Of a DNA stretch of 64,000 nucleotides, positions 36,903 to 56,064 are shown piece after piece. The notes under the pieces were generated by a model. That model was not told the origin of the DNA, searched no databases, and was given only the letters and a program-made list of their open reading frames with translations. Source of the stretch: Octopus vulgaris (lineage: Eukaryota). The position numbers were made by a program, and so were the translations under genes. Every line of letters begins with the position of its first letter. Positions within the stretch are counted from its first letter, which is position 1. Location: assembly GCA_951406725.2 (NCBI GenBank), contig OX597831.1:17670001-17734000 (forward strand), written 5' to 3'.

Positions 36903-38852
36903 ATAAAACGGTAAGATAACAAAAGAAAGAAAGAGACCTCAATATTATGTAAATAGAGGAAATTTATCTATACAATATGTTACATTACTCGGTAGTCAAG
37001 ATAAAACTCTGAGTTTCAGATGCCGAAGTGGAAATCCACAACACCATCTCATCGGTTATCTGGCTATTTGAAAACGTTATGAAAAAATATACCGTTAAAA
37101 ATGAAGGGAAATTACTCTGTTATAACTCTGCTTTGCCTGCGTACTTATACATCGCTCGCATTTTTCGTCATAAAAATTATATAAAAATACATAAAAATAT
37201 ATAAAATTATATAAAAATATATAAAATCTTCTTGGGACATAACACAGAAAGCATGTTCTATCCGTTTTCTTTAGGGGAACAAAAACGTAACAGAAATTTA
37301 GTCACATGTGGGCATGATCCGAAAAGCTCTGTCGCTTTCGATGTGGTAGGGTCTAAGCTGCTTTTCCAGATAAGCCATCTCTCCATGTCGCATAAACCGC
37401 ACCTTCCGCTGCCGGGTTCATATGATGGGGCAGGCATCTGTGATCTAATTGGACTCTTTCTCCTAGATACCTTCGGTAAGACATTCCCTAACGTACATTT
37501 CGCCATCTACAAAGATGATGCCCTCGCCTTAACAGCTAATACAAATGGACCAGCACAAGATCGTTTTAGGAAGGATATTATCCAGTTAATGAAACACTTC
37601 GGACTTAGTTTAACTATAGACACTAACCTGACGGTTGTCAATTTCTTAGACGTTTCCTTAGATCTTAATAATAATATTTATAAGCCTTATAGGAAGCCCA
37701 ATGATAGACTAAGTTATATTAATGTAGGTTCATGCCATCCCCCTATAGTATTCAAAAATTTTGTTAAAAATATTAGTAAGAGGATTTCTAGCCTCTCATC
37801 TAATGAGGACATCTTCAATAGCGTTGCCCCAGTTTATAATAAAGCTTTAAAAGATAGTGGTTTTAGCGAAAAAATAAAATATACACCTATCACCAGCCCA
37901 ACAATAAGGAAAAGGAATAATAGAAATAGGAAGGTCATCTGGTTTACGCCCCCTTACTCACCCGAGGTGGCCTTCAATATAGGTAAATATTTCCTAGCAC
38001 TGATAGATAGACATTTTCCAGTTAACCATGCTTATAGGAAACTCTTCAATAGACACAATTTAAAAATTAGTTTTAGTTCAACTACCAATTTTAAAAACAT
38101 AATCAATCATAACATACAAAAAACACAAGAAGAAAACAGCTGTTCATGCAGGAATAAGTAATTGTGCCCGCTAAATGGAGCTTGCATGTCCAAGACCATC
38201 ATATATGAAGCTACCGTAAACTCTATAACCACTAAAGACACCGTTTCGACGAAGAAATACGTGGGCCTGACAGAGGGTAATTTCAAGGCCAGGTTCAATA
38301 ACCACACTTTGAGCTTTAGGCACTGGAACAAAAGAAAAGCGACACAATTATCCAATCATATTTGGTCTTTAAGAGATAAAGGTGTCGATTATAACATACA
38401 ATGGAAGATTTTGGCCAGATGTAAGCCCTATACTAACGGCAGCGGAAGGTGCGGTTTATGCGACATGGAGAGATGGCTTATCTGGAAAAGCAGCTTAGAC
38501 CCTACCACATGTCTAAATACAAGGACAGAGCTTTTCGGATCATGCCCACATGTGACTAAATTTCTGTTACGTTTTTGGTCCCCTAAAGAAAACGGATAGA
38601 ACATGCTTTCTGTGTTATGTCCCAAGAAGATTTTATATATTTTTATATATTTTTATATATTTTTATGTATTTTTATATAATTTTTATGACGAAAAATGCG
38701 ATCGATGTATAAGTACGTCAGGCAAAGCAGAGTTATATAATTATACTAATTTTTTCATAACGGCTAACCGATGAGATGGTGTTGTGGATTTCCACTTCGG
38801 CATCTGAAACTCAAGTTTTATCTTGACTACCGAGTAATGTAACATATTGTAT
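36900..38852 (+). mobile_element. Penelope-like element: RT C-terminal half + GIY-YIG endonuclease, with an inverted copy of its 3' end at the 5' side
   Basis: GSYDGAGICDLIG, YKDDALA, VNFLDVSLDL, YKPYRKPN, SCHPP; CSC..CPLNGAC, IIYEATV..YVGLTE..FKARFNNH. ~36960-37415 mirrors ~38440-38850. Confidence 0.85.
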
Positions 38853-38914
<62 letters not shown>

Positions 38915-38955
38915 GTATATGTATATGTATATATACATATATATATATATGTAAA

Positions 38956-38998
<43 letters not shown>

Positions 38999-39007
38999 TT
39001 GTGTGTG

Positions 39008-39065
<58 letters not shown>

Positions 39066-39089
39066 CATCTAATTGCGTGTGCGTTTGTG

Positions 39090-39225
39090 TGCGGCACAGA
39101 CATACAAAAATTTAACGAAATTAATAAAGAAGCTAGCGTCATCGACACTAAACTTAAATTAGATAAAAAAATAGAAACCCTCCCCCAAAAAGAGGCCTTT
39201 ATTACTATTTAAGACCACAAAGAAT
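39090..39225 (+). mobile_element. Short upstream RT fragment of a Penelope-like element
   Basis: [24 protein letters not shown](K)DHKE motif. Confidence 0.5.
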
Positions 39226-44268
<5,043 letters not shown>

Positions 44269-45304
44269 TGAGGTCTCCCGGTTTCAGTCCCCTGTAGGGC
44301 ATAGAGCGCAACGATATGAGGGATAGCTCTAGTTCAGAATGTTTGAAGTTAGCATGCTTAGAGATGGTCGGAGTGAAAATGAATAATGTGCATTGCGGGA
44401 TTGCGTTAGGCCTGACTGGTCTGCGATGTTTATTGGGAAAGCGAATTGCGTGTTACAATTTTACTCCAGGGTTTGGGATCTTGGAGATTTTGCCGTAACC
44501 ACCTTTGGTTATAATATCTCTCATGATTATAAAAGATGTCCTCAGTTGCTGATATGTTAGATATTTTAATGGAAACATCGGTGACGATGCTTTTACAGGT
44601 AAGTTCAAGCTGATTGGTTTAGTCTTTTATATACTGCAGCAATACATTCATGGGGTTAATGTAAATTTTGCATCTAAGTCGAGAGAGACACATCTAAGAA
44701 GTGAGCTATTTGGATGTTATTTCCATAGGATTAAATAATGTTATAATTTTCAAAGATACGCCGATGGAGATCCAAGTGTATTCGCCGAACGTTCGAGATT
44801 AATGCAGTGGCATTGAAAAGTGTACTACGTACGTTATGGACCAAGGAAAAGGTTTAGAAATCGTTGGTTAATCTGGGAATGAAAGAATAGATGAACCAGA
44901 TCAGTAGCCGCTGATATACCAAACATCAAATATGCAATCGCTGATACACGTACACACACATACACAGACACACACACACACACATACACACGCGCAAACA
45001 CCCCCCCACACACACACACACGTAGACATATATATAGATATGACATTATATCATGATGAAAAATGCATTTAAAATATTTCTATATTTTTATAAATTTCGA
45101 ACGAAATAGCTGATGGAAGGTGTGAATGCCATTTGCATTTGCATTTTATACCTACACCTCAGCAAGGAACCGCTTGGATTTATTTTTTTAAAACTGGATT
45201 TGATACTTACGTAAGAAAACGATACATAATATACACTCCGACTGAGAATCCGTCCATGACTATAAACACATATTCACTGATTTAACTCATATAATATATA
45301 GTTG

Positions 45305-45352
<48 letters not shown>

Positions 45353-45943
45353 CACACACTCACACACTCACACTATACTAGTATATGGCTTCCTAATGCG
45401 GTCCCATTTTAGAGAATGTGTATAAATTTTAAGGGTTTTCACAGGATCTTAGCGTAAAATTTGCAGGTTGATAAAAATAGATTAAAGTTCATATACGTAT
45501 ATATTTGCGTTTTGCACAATATCCTGTCGAATTCTTTGGCATGTATTAGGTAAAGAATGTGGAATATAATTCTAGATATATATTACTGTTATTCATAGTG
45601 AGCATATAAGCGATGTAGAAGAATTTGCCGAAGGTGGAGAGGTGTCCATGTGGATGTGTGAACATGCTTTATCTTTTGAATGTCGTTTTGTTTATTGAGC
45701 AATCACTCGGGGAAATTCATTTCACTAATATTTAAACTGTTCTGTATTGATATCAGATGGAATTACGTCGATCCATTCAATGTTACACCGTTCCTGCATG
45801 AAATTGTCTGTGAGATAATCATTAAGAGACATGTTAAATATGAAACTGAAATATGACGTATTACATTTAATGTAACTCGGAAAGGATTACCTTCTCTTCT
45901 ACAATATTACTTTTTGTAACCTATATTGTAGTTTAGAGGATAT

Positions 45944-46080
45944 AAGGCGGCGAGCTGGCAGATACGATTGCACGCCGGGCGAAATGCGTAGCCGTATTTC
46001 GTCTGCCGTTACGTTCTGGGTTCAAATTCCGCACTGATGTCGATGTATTCGACTTAATCCCTTTGTCTGTCCTTGTTTAG
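45944..46080 (+). mobile_element. tRNA-derived SINE, internally deleted
   Basis: ggcggcgagctggcaga (A-box-like), ggttcaaattcc (B box), then cgacttaatccctttgtctgtccttgttt. Confidence 0.7.
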
Positions 46081-47249
46081 AGGATATCTAAGTAATTCTA
46101 AACTCTAGAGATTGTCATATATCAAAGATAGATTTGTAATTGAGACAAAATGTGCCAATCTATAAAATAATGAATAGAAAAAGCTAAACGGTTAAGTAAA
46201 TATATTCCACTAAGTACATTTCAAGGTAATATAATTAAACATAATCCGATTGGTATTAACATCTTTATTTTCAATTATTAGTTAGCATTTGGAAAATTAA
46301 AATTATGAGAAACTTGTAAAACAAAGATATACGTTTAAGTTTCAGATGTTTCCTTATTCTAGGTATTGATATATTTCAAACGTTCAAGATCGAATCATCG
46401 AAAGGATTTAGTTGATAATGCATGCTGATTATGATTGCAACCATGTACCTATATTCAATAAATAAACCACAAATGCAGAAAGAAGAACCGGTATGTAAAA
46501 AGTCACCTGTAAAATAAATTGGAATGAATGTTAGACATAAACATTGAAAGTAGTGTCATGTGAATTACAGAATTATGTCGATGTGTATATATTTCTATTT
46601 ATTAAACGTTGTTGTGTTACACGGCATATCACTTCGGATATTTCAGGTTTGTTGTAGAAATGAGCGACGGACATAAATTTCTAAAAGAGACCACCAGAAA
46701 GAGAGCGATGGTGTCAATGACGAGTTTGCACCGATTTATAATTAAAGAAAAGCAGAAAGAGAATTATTGCGTAGGTAAAAATTGAGTCCTTGCTACTCGC
46801 CCCATGAAAAGATAGGGACTATATTGTTTAGCCCTTTTTGGCTGCTGAATATAAATGAATGTTAACAAAATTGCGATGAATGAAATCACATTCATGAAAC
46901 CTTTTTTCGTTTATTTTTCTAACCTTATAGAGTACCAGATGTTTTTATTAGGGGTCAAAATATTTTAATAATTATTTCATCTTCTTTCTATATGCATAAA
47001 TGTGTTAACATTATGAACGTATTTTTATCGCAGTGATATTCAACTTCTCATATTCAAATTAGTTTGGCAGAACTGCCATCATTCCATCAATTACAAATGG
47101 ATATATTACAATAAATTATAAAAGAAAATAAAAATCAATATACAGGACGGCACAGTTTTTATCGATCTCCATGTTTTGGAACATAACACCGCGATAGTCA
47201 TTTACTTTCATATTGCAACGCCAATGTAGCCAATGCTAAAAATAAGTTG

Positions 47250-47308
<59 letters not shown>

Positions 47309-47309
47309 C

Positions 47310-48347
47310 ACTTTTTTTTTCTTCTTTCAAATTTGCTTACATTTCTTGCCGGGTGTCTTCCCGACTCCTAGGGCAAAGAAACTCATAGTGTATACATTGG
47401 TAGGCCATTAAACCAAACTCAGTAGTTCGTTCATTTTTTTTTTTTTTTGTTTTTAAAGTTAAATTAAAATACATGAGCAGCAACAGTTCTCACATCGACA
47501 ATGCTCTTCTCAATACGTGTGATGTATCAGTTAAGACAATATTTTGCACTTCTTGCAGGGGTGGTAAACCAGGGATCATTCTCATATAATTTTCGGTTCC
47601 CTTCTTGATCATTCCTAGTGCTCCTACGATCACTGGTAATGTAACTGCCTTGAGATGCCACATTTTCTCAATTTCAATGAGCAGGTCTTTATATTTTCTG
47701 AGCTTGTCAAACTCTTTCGCTGAGATATTATGATCACAGAGGGATGCTCATGTCGATCAAGAAGCAAACTTTATTGTTTTGGTCTTTCACAACAATATCT
47801 TGTTTATTGGCCTTGATGCTTCGGTCTGTATGTACTGGAAAGTCCCACAGAATGGTTACATTTTCTCCTTCAGTTACAGCCTCAGGGTGGTGATTATACC
47901 ACTTGTCGGCAGTTTTGATATTGTAATGCCGACTTATTAGCCAGTGGAGATATTGGCCAACTCTGTCATGTCTTAATTTATACTCCACTGGTGCTAAGAC
48001 TTTACATCCAGAGATTAGGTGGTCCACTGTTTCAATCATGTCGTTGCAGAATCGGCATTTTGGGTCTGCTCCATTTTTCATCACATTGGCCTGGTAGTTC
48101 CGGGTTAATAGGCTTTGGTCTTGAGCAGCCAAGATGAAACCTTCGCTCTCTGCTTTTAGCCCTGAGCTCCGCAGCCACTAATGGGTTTGCTTCTGGTCAA
48201 CATCAGCTTGTTTGCTGCGGGTCACATATTTGCCGTGCAGAGGTTTCTCCTTCCCACCTATCAGCCAATTGCTCGTGCGCTTTTTTCATTGCCATCATTT
48301 TCACCTTCTTTGCAACAATAGTTGCCGTACTTCCCTCGGGTTGTTCA

Positions 48348-48349
<2 letters not shown>
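47310..48349 (-). mobile_element. 3' fragment of a second R4/Dong-like family in (AAT)n
   Basis: AAQDQSL.TRNY, CRFC..ETVDHLISGC, RHDRV, LWDFPVHTDR; flanked by (att)n. Confidence 0.8.
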
Positions 48350-48397
<48 letters not shown>

Positions 48398-48438
48398 GAT
48401 TGTTTTTAGTATTATTATAATTAATATTATCATTATTA

Positions 48439-48489
<51 letters not shown>

Positions 48490-48490
48490 G

Positions 48491-48523
<33 letters not shown>

Positions 48524-48571
48524 TTCTATTATTATTGATATTGTTATTTTATTATCGTTATTATTATTGCT

Positions 48572-51500
48572 CATTATATTTTTATAGCGTGCTTTCACTT
48601 CACTACCAAGCGCAGCTCTGTGTGCCTTTGGGCATGTGCTGTGATTTGTTGTGATGCTCTGATGGTTATTGTATGGAAAGTGTTCTGCGTAGGATGTGTG
48701 CAGTGCCTAGTAGTGCAATTTTCTCTATGTTATATGTGTTTGTAAGTCCAGGTGTTTTTGTTATGTATTTGTCTGAATATTTATTTTCATGCCTAATGCA
48801 CTTACTATGAAAGGGATTCTTTCTGTTTTTAGATTCCACATTCTGGTTACCTCTCTTTCCAGGTCTTTGTATTTTGAAAGTTTCTCCATTTCTTTTCGAG
48901 ACACGTTGTCATCTGCCGGTATTGATACATCAATTAGAAAACATTTTTTTTTCTTCATGATCTCTGACAACTATATCTGGTCTGTTGGCCTTAATTTCTC
49001 TATCTGTGTGTATCGGCATATCCCAGAGAATGGTTGCTTTCTCGTTTTCTGTGACCTTTTCTCGTGTGTGCCTATACCATCTTTTTTCTGTTGTTATTCC
49101 ATAATGTTGGCATAGCTTCCAGTGTATGTAGTTTCCAACACTGTCGTGTCTGTGAATATATTCCTTCTTAGCCAGGACTGGGAAGCCAGTGATAATATGA
49201 TTTATTGTTTCTTTTCCATCTCCACATATTCTGCAGTAACTTGTTATATTGCTTTTAATTACATGTTTTTGGCAATTTCTGGTGAGGAGGCTTCGGTCTT
49301 TTGCTGCAATTAAAAATCCCTCTGTCTCTGCTTTGAGTCCTGAGCTTCTCAACCTTTGCTGAGATTTTTCTTTGTCTATTTCTTTTGCATTTAGTTTAGT
49401 CCGGTATTTACCATGAAGGGACTTTTCTTACCATCGTTTTATCATTGTTCTTTGTTGTTCTAATTTTAGGTTGGATTTCCTTTGTTTTATAGCTTTTGTT
49501 GTTTCTTTATCTTCTTATTCTTCTTCATAATTTTTAGGTGGTATGATTTCTTTTTTGTATTTTTGAGCTTCATTAAATACTTAGGACAATTTTTTTGTTT
49601 TGCACGTGTTTTGCCGCTATTTGTATTAGTTTTCCTTCCTTCTGAAGTAGATATTTTTGCATTCATATGGTGGTTATTTTAAAGTAGCTTCCCAGCTGTA
49701 TAAGGCCTCTACCACTATCTTTACTTTGTATATATATAGTCTTTCTATTCAGATTTTGGTTGATGCATCAAAGATCCTGTCATAATTTTGGTCAGTTCAA
49801 TTATTGTCCAGTTAAGGATATTGTAGCTGTAACTTGTTACTAGGACAGCTAAAGTGTTAATACCTATTATCTTGTTTTTAGCATTTAGCTCTGTTTTTAG
49901 TATTGATCTAACTCGTCTCTAATATTCTTTTTTTTTCTCTTTCATTTGTGTGTGTTGTGTCTTACCTAGTTCCTGGATTTCTAAGTACTTGTAAGTTTGG
50001 CTTTGGTCTAATTCTTTTATATCATTGGTTTTATCTAGTGTGATGTTGCTACTCTTAACTAGTTTTCCTCTTTTCAGGGTTACTTCGGTGCAATTTTCTA
50101 ATCCAAATTTCATATCTATTTCTTTAGTAAATCCATGAACTGTCTTTAATATGGTTTCCAGCTGTTTGTCATTTGCAGCGTATAGTTTTAGGTCATCCAT
50201 ATATAAAAGGTTGCTGATCGTTTTGCCGTAACATTTATATCCGCATCCAGTTGTATTTAGCATATCCGATAGAGGTGATAGTTCGAAGCAGAAAAGGAGT
50301 GGAGAGAGCGTGTCTCCCTAGAATATCCCGCTTCTACTGGAGATGGCTTTAGTTTCCATGAGTTTTTCTTCTGTTTGGATCTGTAGCACTGTTTGCCAGT
50401 TATTCATAGTATGTCCTATGTATTTTTTAATTGTTGGTGCTACTTTGATAATCACTTGTGTTTCGAGGATCCATGTGAGGGGGATGCTATCAAACGCCTT
50501 TTTGTAGTCGATCCAGGCCATACTGAGGCCTTTTTTCTTTCTGTGGCTGTCTTCAGTCATTGCTTTATTGATATTTATTTGTTCTTTACAGCCATATGAG
50601 CCTTTGAGGCATCCTTTCTGCTCTTCTTTTGGAAACAATTTGTTTTCGTCCAGGTGCTTGTTCAATCTTTGTAATATTACTGCAGTAGATGCTTTGTACA
50701 TTGTAGGGCGATAGGTTATAGGTCAGTTGTTTTCTGGATTTGCTGTCGTATTTGATTTGGGAATTAAGATGGTTTTCCTCTTCGTGAGCCATTCAGGCTT
50801 TGTCTCTGGTTCTGCTAGTCCGTTGTTAAATATTTCAGCCATCTCTTTGTGCATTCCTGTAAGATATTTCAACCAGAAATTGGGGATCTTGTCATGCCCA
50901 GGTGCCTTCCAGTTGCTTAGACTTTGCAGTGCCTGGGTGACCTCTTCAGTTGTTATGGGGGTCCAAAGTTGCCCAGATGCTATGTTTGTTGTTTTAATAA
51001 TCATTTATTTTGGTTGTTCGTTCGCCGACCATATACCTTTCCAGAATTCTTCCACTTCTTCTGCCGTTGGTGCTGCAGAGATTTCTATTTTATTTTTGCC
51101 AAGTTCTTGGTAGAACTTTTTGGGGTTGGAGTTGAACTGTTTGTTTTGTTCAAAGAAGCGCTGGCATCTCTCGTACTGGCGGAGCCTTTGAGATTTGGCA
51201 AGGATATCTTGCTTTAGCTTTTCTTTTATCTCAGATAAATCTTTTTCTGTGATGTATTTGCACAGTATTTTTGTTTTCTTTTTGTTGCTTAGTAGCGTTG
51301 ATTGTCTACTGATTTTGTTAAGGATCGACAGATCTTTTCTATTTTTTAAATTTCGTTTTGGATGTTATTTATGCACAGGGTTTGTTTGGGTGGTGGTACT
51401 CCTGTTTGGATGGGTTTGAGTGTGTAACTAGCTTCTTTTGTGACTGCAGTTGCTGCTGCATATACTAAGTAATTTAACTCAGTGATATCGCTATTTGTGT

Positions 51501-51873
51501 CAGTGGCTATTAATTTTGTGACAGTTAGGTTTATGCTGTTTATAATTGGTGTTGTTTCGTCTATTTTGATTTTTGGGAGTTATGGTCGGTGTTCCATTTT
51601 GAGACCTGTGTTTTCCATTTCTTTGATTATTCTACTTTTTATAGTGTCATAATCATTAGGCTCCCCTTCTTTGTTTCCAGGTTATAGATTTGTGTCGCTT
51701 TTTTCACGTTCGTATGTTTCTATGTCGTGTTTTGGCTTGATGCTTGTCGTGCATTATTATGTATCCTTACGGTTTGGGTTTGTTGTTTTTGTTTACATCG
51801 TTTTTGTGGGAAATGTTACGTTTGTCTTCGTATTTTGCAATCGCAGTGTTCATATTATTTGGCATTTTCGTGT
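48572..51873 (-). mobile_element. Longer decayed copy of the R4/Dong family found at 23215-25423
   Basis: NWKAPGHDKIPNFWLK, WIDYKKAFDSI, LLYMDDLKLYA, RHD, NRPDIV; 3' end in (AAT)n. Confidence 0.88.
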
Positions 51874-52007
51874 AGCTTCTTCTTCTTCTTCTTCTTCTTC
51901 TTCTTCTTCTTCTTCTTCTTCTTCTTCTTCTTCTTCTTCTTCTTCTTCTTCTTCTTTCTTCTTATTCTTCTTCTTTTCTTCTTCTTCTTATTATTATTAT
52001 AATTATA

Positions 52008-52045
<38 letters not shown>

Positions 52046-53399
52046 TATTACTATTATTATTATAATTATTATTATCCATTTTGGTATAATCGCAACGCTC
52101 GATATTTTAGGTGGTTATTCAGTTCATTTCATCGACCTCGTCCTCAACCGGTAGTTATTATATCATCCAGAAAGCCTACAAAATGAAATCGACCTCTACT
52201 GAATATCATTAACTGAGGACGTATCTCCGATGAAATTATGATAAATAATATATCCCGGGTGTTATCAACTCCACCGGGTTGTCTCGTTGCAATTTCGAAT
52301 TTCTGCAATGACCAATATTTTCGTGTTAGTGGGTAGGTCTATAACTTTGGAATCAGTACTCAACAGGTATATGATGTATAGAGCCGGAAATGATTTAATA
52401 TAAACAAAAGATAATTTATGGAACTAAATATTGTATCAACGTCAAAACTCCAAACTGATCAGAAAATGAGGTCTCGTTGATGGCATCTCAGCTAAATTTA
52501 GTAGCCTGACCTTTTGGAGTAGACTGCTGTCCTTCCAGATCGACTCTAGCCTCATGTACGTATATTCTGATGAAATGCATTTTTGAAAAGTGGCATAAAA
52601 CAGCCGGTTATTTTGTTTCTGCAGATAGGTGGGTCGTTTGTCTTTGATGCAAACTGTAGGTATTTCACGAGCAGCTCCGTACATATTTCGTTTAGTTTTA
52701 ACTCATAGGCTTTAACTTATTCGGGGTGTTTATTGCGCTGTTTATATGTTTCTGTATATAATTATTTAGATTATAATTGTCTGTGTTTCTGGGTGTGCAT
52801 CTTGCAATTTCTTACTGTTGTTTATGTTGTGTGATGTAATCAGATTTGTTTATAAATTTGATTGTGCATATACCTGTGATAATGCCGATAGTGGAGTTGT
52901 GGGTGGAGATGATGGAGTGTATATTCATAATGTAGACGCTGTTCCCCTTGGTGGTGGTGCATGGTCGTTAGGAGGCATATATCTGTTGGTATCTAACAGC
53001 TGTTCGATCTACTCTTTCTTGTTTCTCTTTTTAATGGCTTTGTAACTTTGATCTATTTAACTTCTATCCCATCACGCTTACTACACGGTGCGTGGTTTGG
53101 GCAGCGGCGATGGCGGATATGCTTTCAAAAAGATTGTAGTACGACATTGTTGAGGAAATTGTTTTGTTGGGGACAAACATTGCAGATTTTATTGGTAGGG
53201 TCTCTGAGAAGGTGGTACTAAATATTGGTGTATTTTCTTCTGTTTATTTGAAATTCTTCCATTGTTATTATTATCCAGGCTTTCACCATTGCAACTATAA
53301 ATACGAAACTCAGTTATTAGATGCTAGCGAGTGAGAGGGTGAATATGCGTGTGATTATATGTGTGTTAGTGACAGATTATGTACCATTAATATTTAGGT

Positions 53400-55469
53400 T
53401 CAAATTTCAGGTTCAAATAAAATCCAAGACGTGTTTCTGGGTGAGAAAAATGTCTTAATTCTGATTACGACCTTTATTTCTCCAGATTAGGCAATGTTTT
53501 CCTGTACCATGAACCAATTTTTTAAATAATATCCTGCATAATATTGCGCACTGAATACAACATTGTAAATGCTGAAAATTACAAAAAAACAAAACAAAAA
53601 TGTAGTTTGTATAACAAAGCATATATTGGTTAAGAATTAAAAACACACCTGTCTGTTTAAACAACTTTTGTCCTTTTAAGCTTCTTGTGCGGGTTGTGAT
53701 CTTCTTTTTATACCCCAGCAGTAGTCCGCTAGAATTCCAGGTTTCTATTTTCCTTTGAATCGTCGCTCCATCACTGAAATATGCTGATGGAACCTTTCGT
53801 CATGTTCATCACTCACATCACCAAGATTTTCCGCGAAAACATCCAAATGAGAGGGAATCACCTGGACCTTTAGAGACATATTACATCCCATATCATGGTA
53901 ATGACTCCGCAGATCATTTACAACTTGCACATCGTCTTCCGAACGATGGATGCCCAGGAGGTTATCGCTACTTGAATGACTCAAAGGCAAGCTTCTCTTT
54001 TCTCTTGAGATGTGTGAAGAAGGTTTCAAGTACAAACCGTTTAGATTGACTTGGGGAAGGGCACTTTTTCTGCAAGATATGCAAATGCGGAGGATTCCTT
54101 GTCCCAGGCTTCACAAATTGTTAAACAAACCAAGTTTCATATGCAAAGGTGTTAAGAAATATTTCTATCACTTTTCACAAGTGGTTTGTGCATGACGCTG
54201 TGTTTTCCTTGCTCAATTTCATCTCGGATCGGCCAATCCATGCATACATAATGTTCAGCTCTTACCTTGGAATACCATAAACACAGGAAGTAGCAAAATT
54301 TAGTATAGTCACGCTGAAGGCCAGTAATCAAGGCCACAGCATTACAATCTGCACAAATATGCCAGGTATGGTCATCATACTGTATGCTTGTTAGAATTGC
54401 TTTCAGATATTCATATGGTTTTTTCATGGTTGTGCTATAAGCTATGGTTATAGAAACCAGAGTGTTACTATTCTGTAGCAGAACAGCTTTGATGCTGTCA
54501 TTGGATGCATCTATGAAAATTCGCCAATTGGTTTTTTCAAATGGTATTTCCAGTTGCTCAAAAAGTTCAGTGATGTCAATAAAAAAGCATAAGTCATTTT
54601 TCATGTACAGGATTATCTTCACTCCTTACTCACGAAGATTACGTTCTTGAAGCCTTGACGCCAGAAACACATTTTTATATTTGGTTAAATAGAGATCCCT
54701 GCACAAGTTATTTAGAGTCTCTTGAGAAAAAAGGATTGGTTTATTATCACTTTCTGGATCGTTGGGCTCCACACATTCACCACCGGAACGTTCATCAGCA
54801 CTACTGACACTCTGCATTTCTTGATCTGGATGTTTAGGCAGAGGTAATTTTCTGAGTACTCTACTTGGCGCATTGCTGATTGCAAATTTGTGTAAACAAT
54901 CTGTTTCGTTTTCTTTGATGTAGTACAGTCTGTAAAGTCATGGTGAGAGAAATAGCAATCATTAGAGTGATCTTTCTGCTCACGCCAAATCATTGGCACG
55001 CCAAACTTCATGTGAACATTTTTTCCTGTATACCAGGCATTCAATGCCTTCACACATGTAAGGCAACGCACGGGAGGAGCCATGACATATCCTGGTCTCC
55101 TAAATAACAGTCAAAGTATGCCATGTATAATTTCTTTTAATGGCGTGTAATACTGGGCTGTTCTTTCTCAAAAATCAATTCCCCACAGATATAACAGAAC
55201 CCATTGGGATCACTTTTGCACTGTCAAACACAAGCTTTGAATCACATTGTAGGTGTTTCTAAGATAGGCCTCTAGTTCTGTGTTGAAAGCCATTTTACAA
55301 TGCGATAAAGAATTTTATTTAAGGATAATGACAAAAAGGGTACACAGTGACAATACTGTAGAAAGCATGCCTAATTTAAAAAAAAGAAGCCCAGAAATTG
55401 ATTTCCCATGTCATATTGCATGTAAAAATGGACACAGATCTCTTGTACTTTTTTGAGTTTTGCAAAGTG
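53400..55469 (-). mobile_element. Decayed DNA transposon, Chapaev3-like (CMC group) transposase
   Basis: FGVPMIWREQKDHSNDCYF, WRIFIDAS..SIKAVLL, GLQRDYTKFCYFLCLW, GCNMSLK..SHLDVFAENLGDVSDEHDERFHQ. Starts CACT at 55469 on the - strand. Absent from the mirror arm. Confidence 0.7.
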
Positions 55470-56064
55470 TATCCGGCCGCTAAATTTATGATTAATCTTC
55501 TATCATTTAACAACTAATAAATTGCTCAATCGATGAACAACTGTATATGCTTTCCTCACATTGTGTGATCTATCTCCGAATATTTCCACTTCATTACCTC
55601 TTCTCATCCTGTGTTACACGTTTACACCTCCTATCCAGTGATAAAACATTCCATTTAAAAACATGGGTAAAGTATGCATGCCCGTGTATGTGTATATCTT
55701 TGGGTAAACTTAGCAATCTGGGTAAATGTCTTTGAACTTGCGTATGTGTAAGACGTGCAAACAGTTTTAATCTTCTCACTGTTATACTTTTGTAATTCCG
55801 ATATTGTTGTGTGTGTGTGTGTATGATACATTGTGGTGTCTTTCATTTCTGACATTCTTACTCTTTGTGATTTATCATGCCTCTCATAAAGTAGCGTCCA
55901 ATAATAATCCGCTGCATTAACAATAGCGAAATTACAGTTCCTGGTCTAATCTTACATATTAATTGAAAGCTAGAGTGAAACATATCAAAGTGAGACACGT
56001 GATTTATTTGTCATTGATTTTGATGTGTGTATGTGTATCGTATATATATATTTATGTATATATA

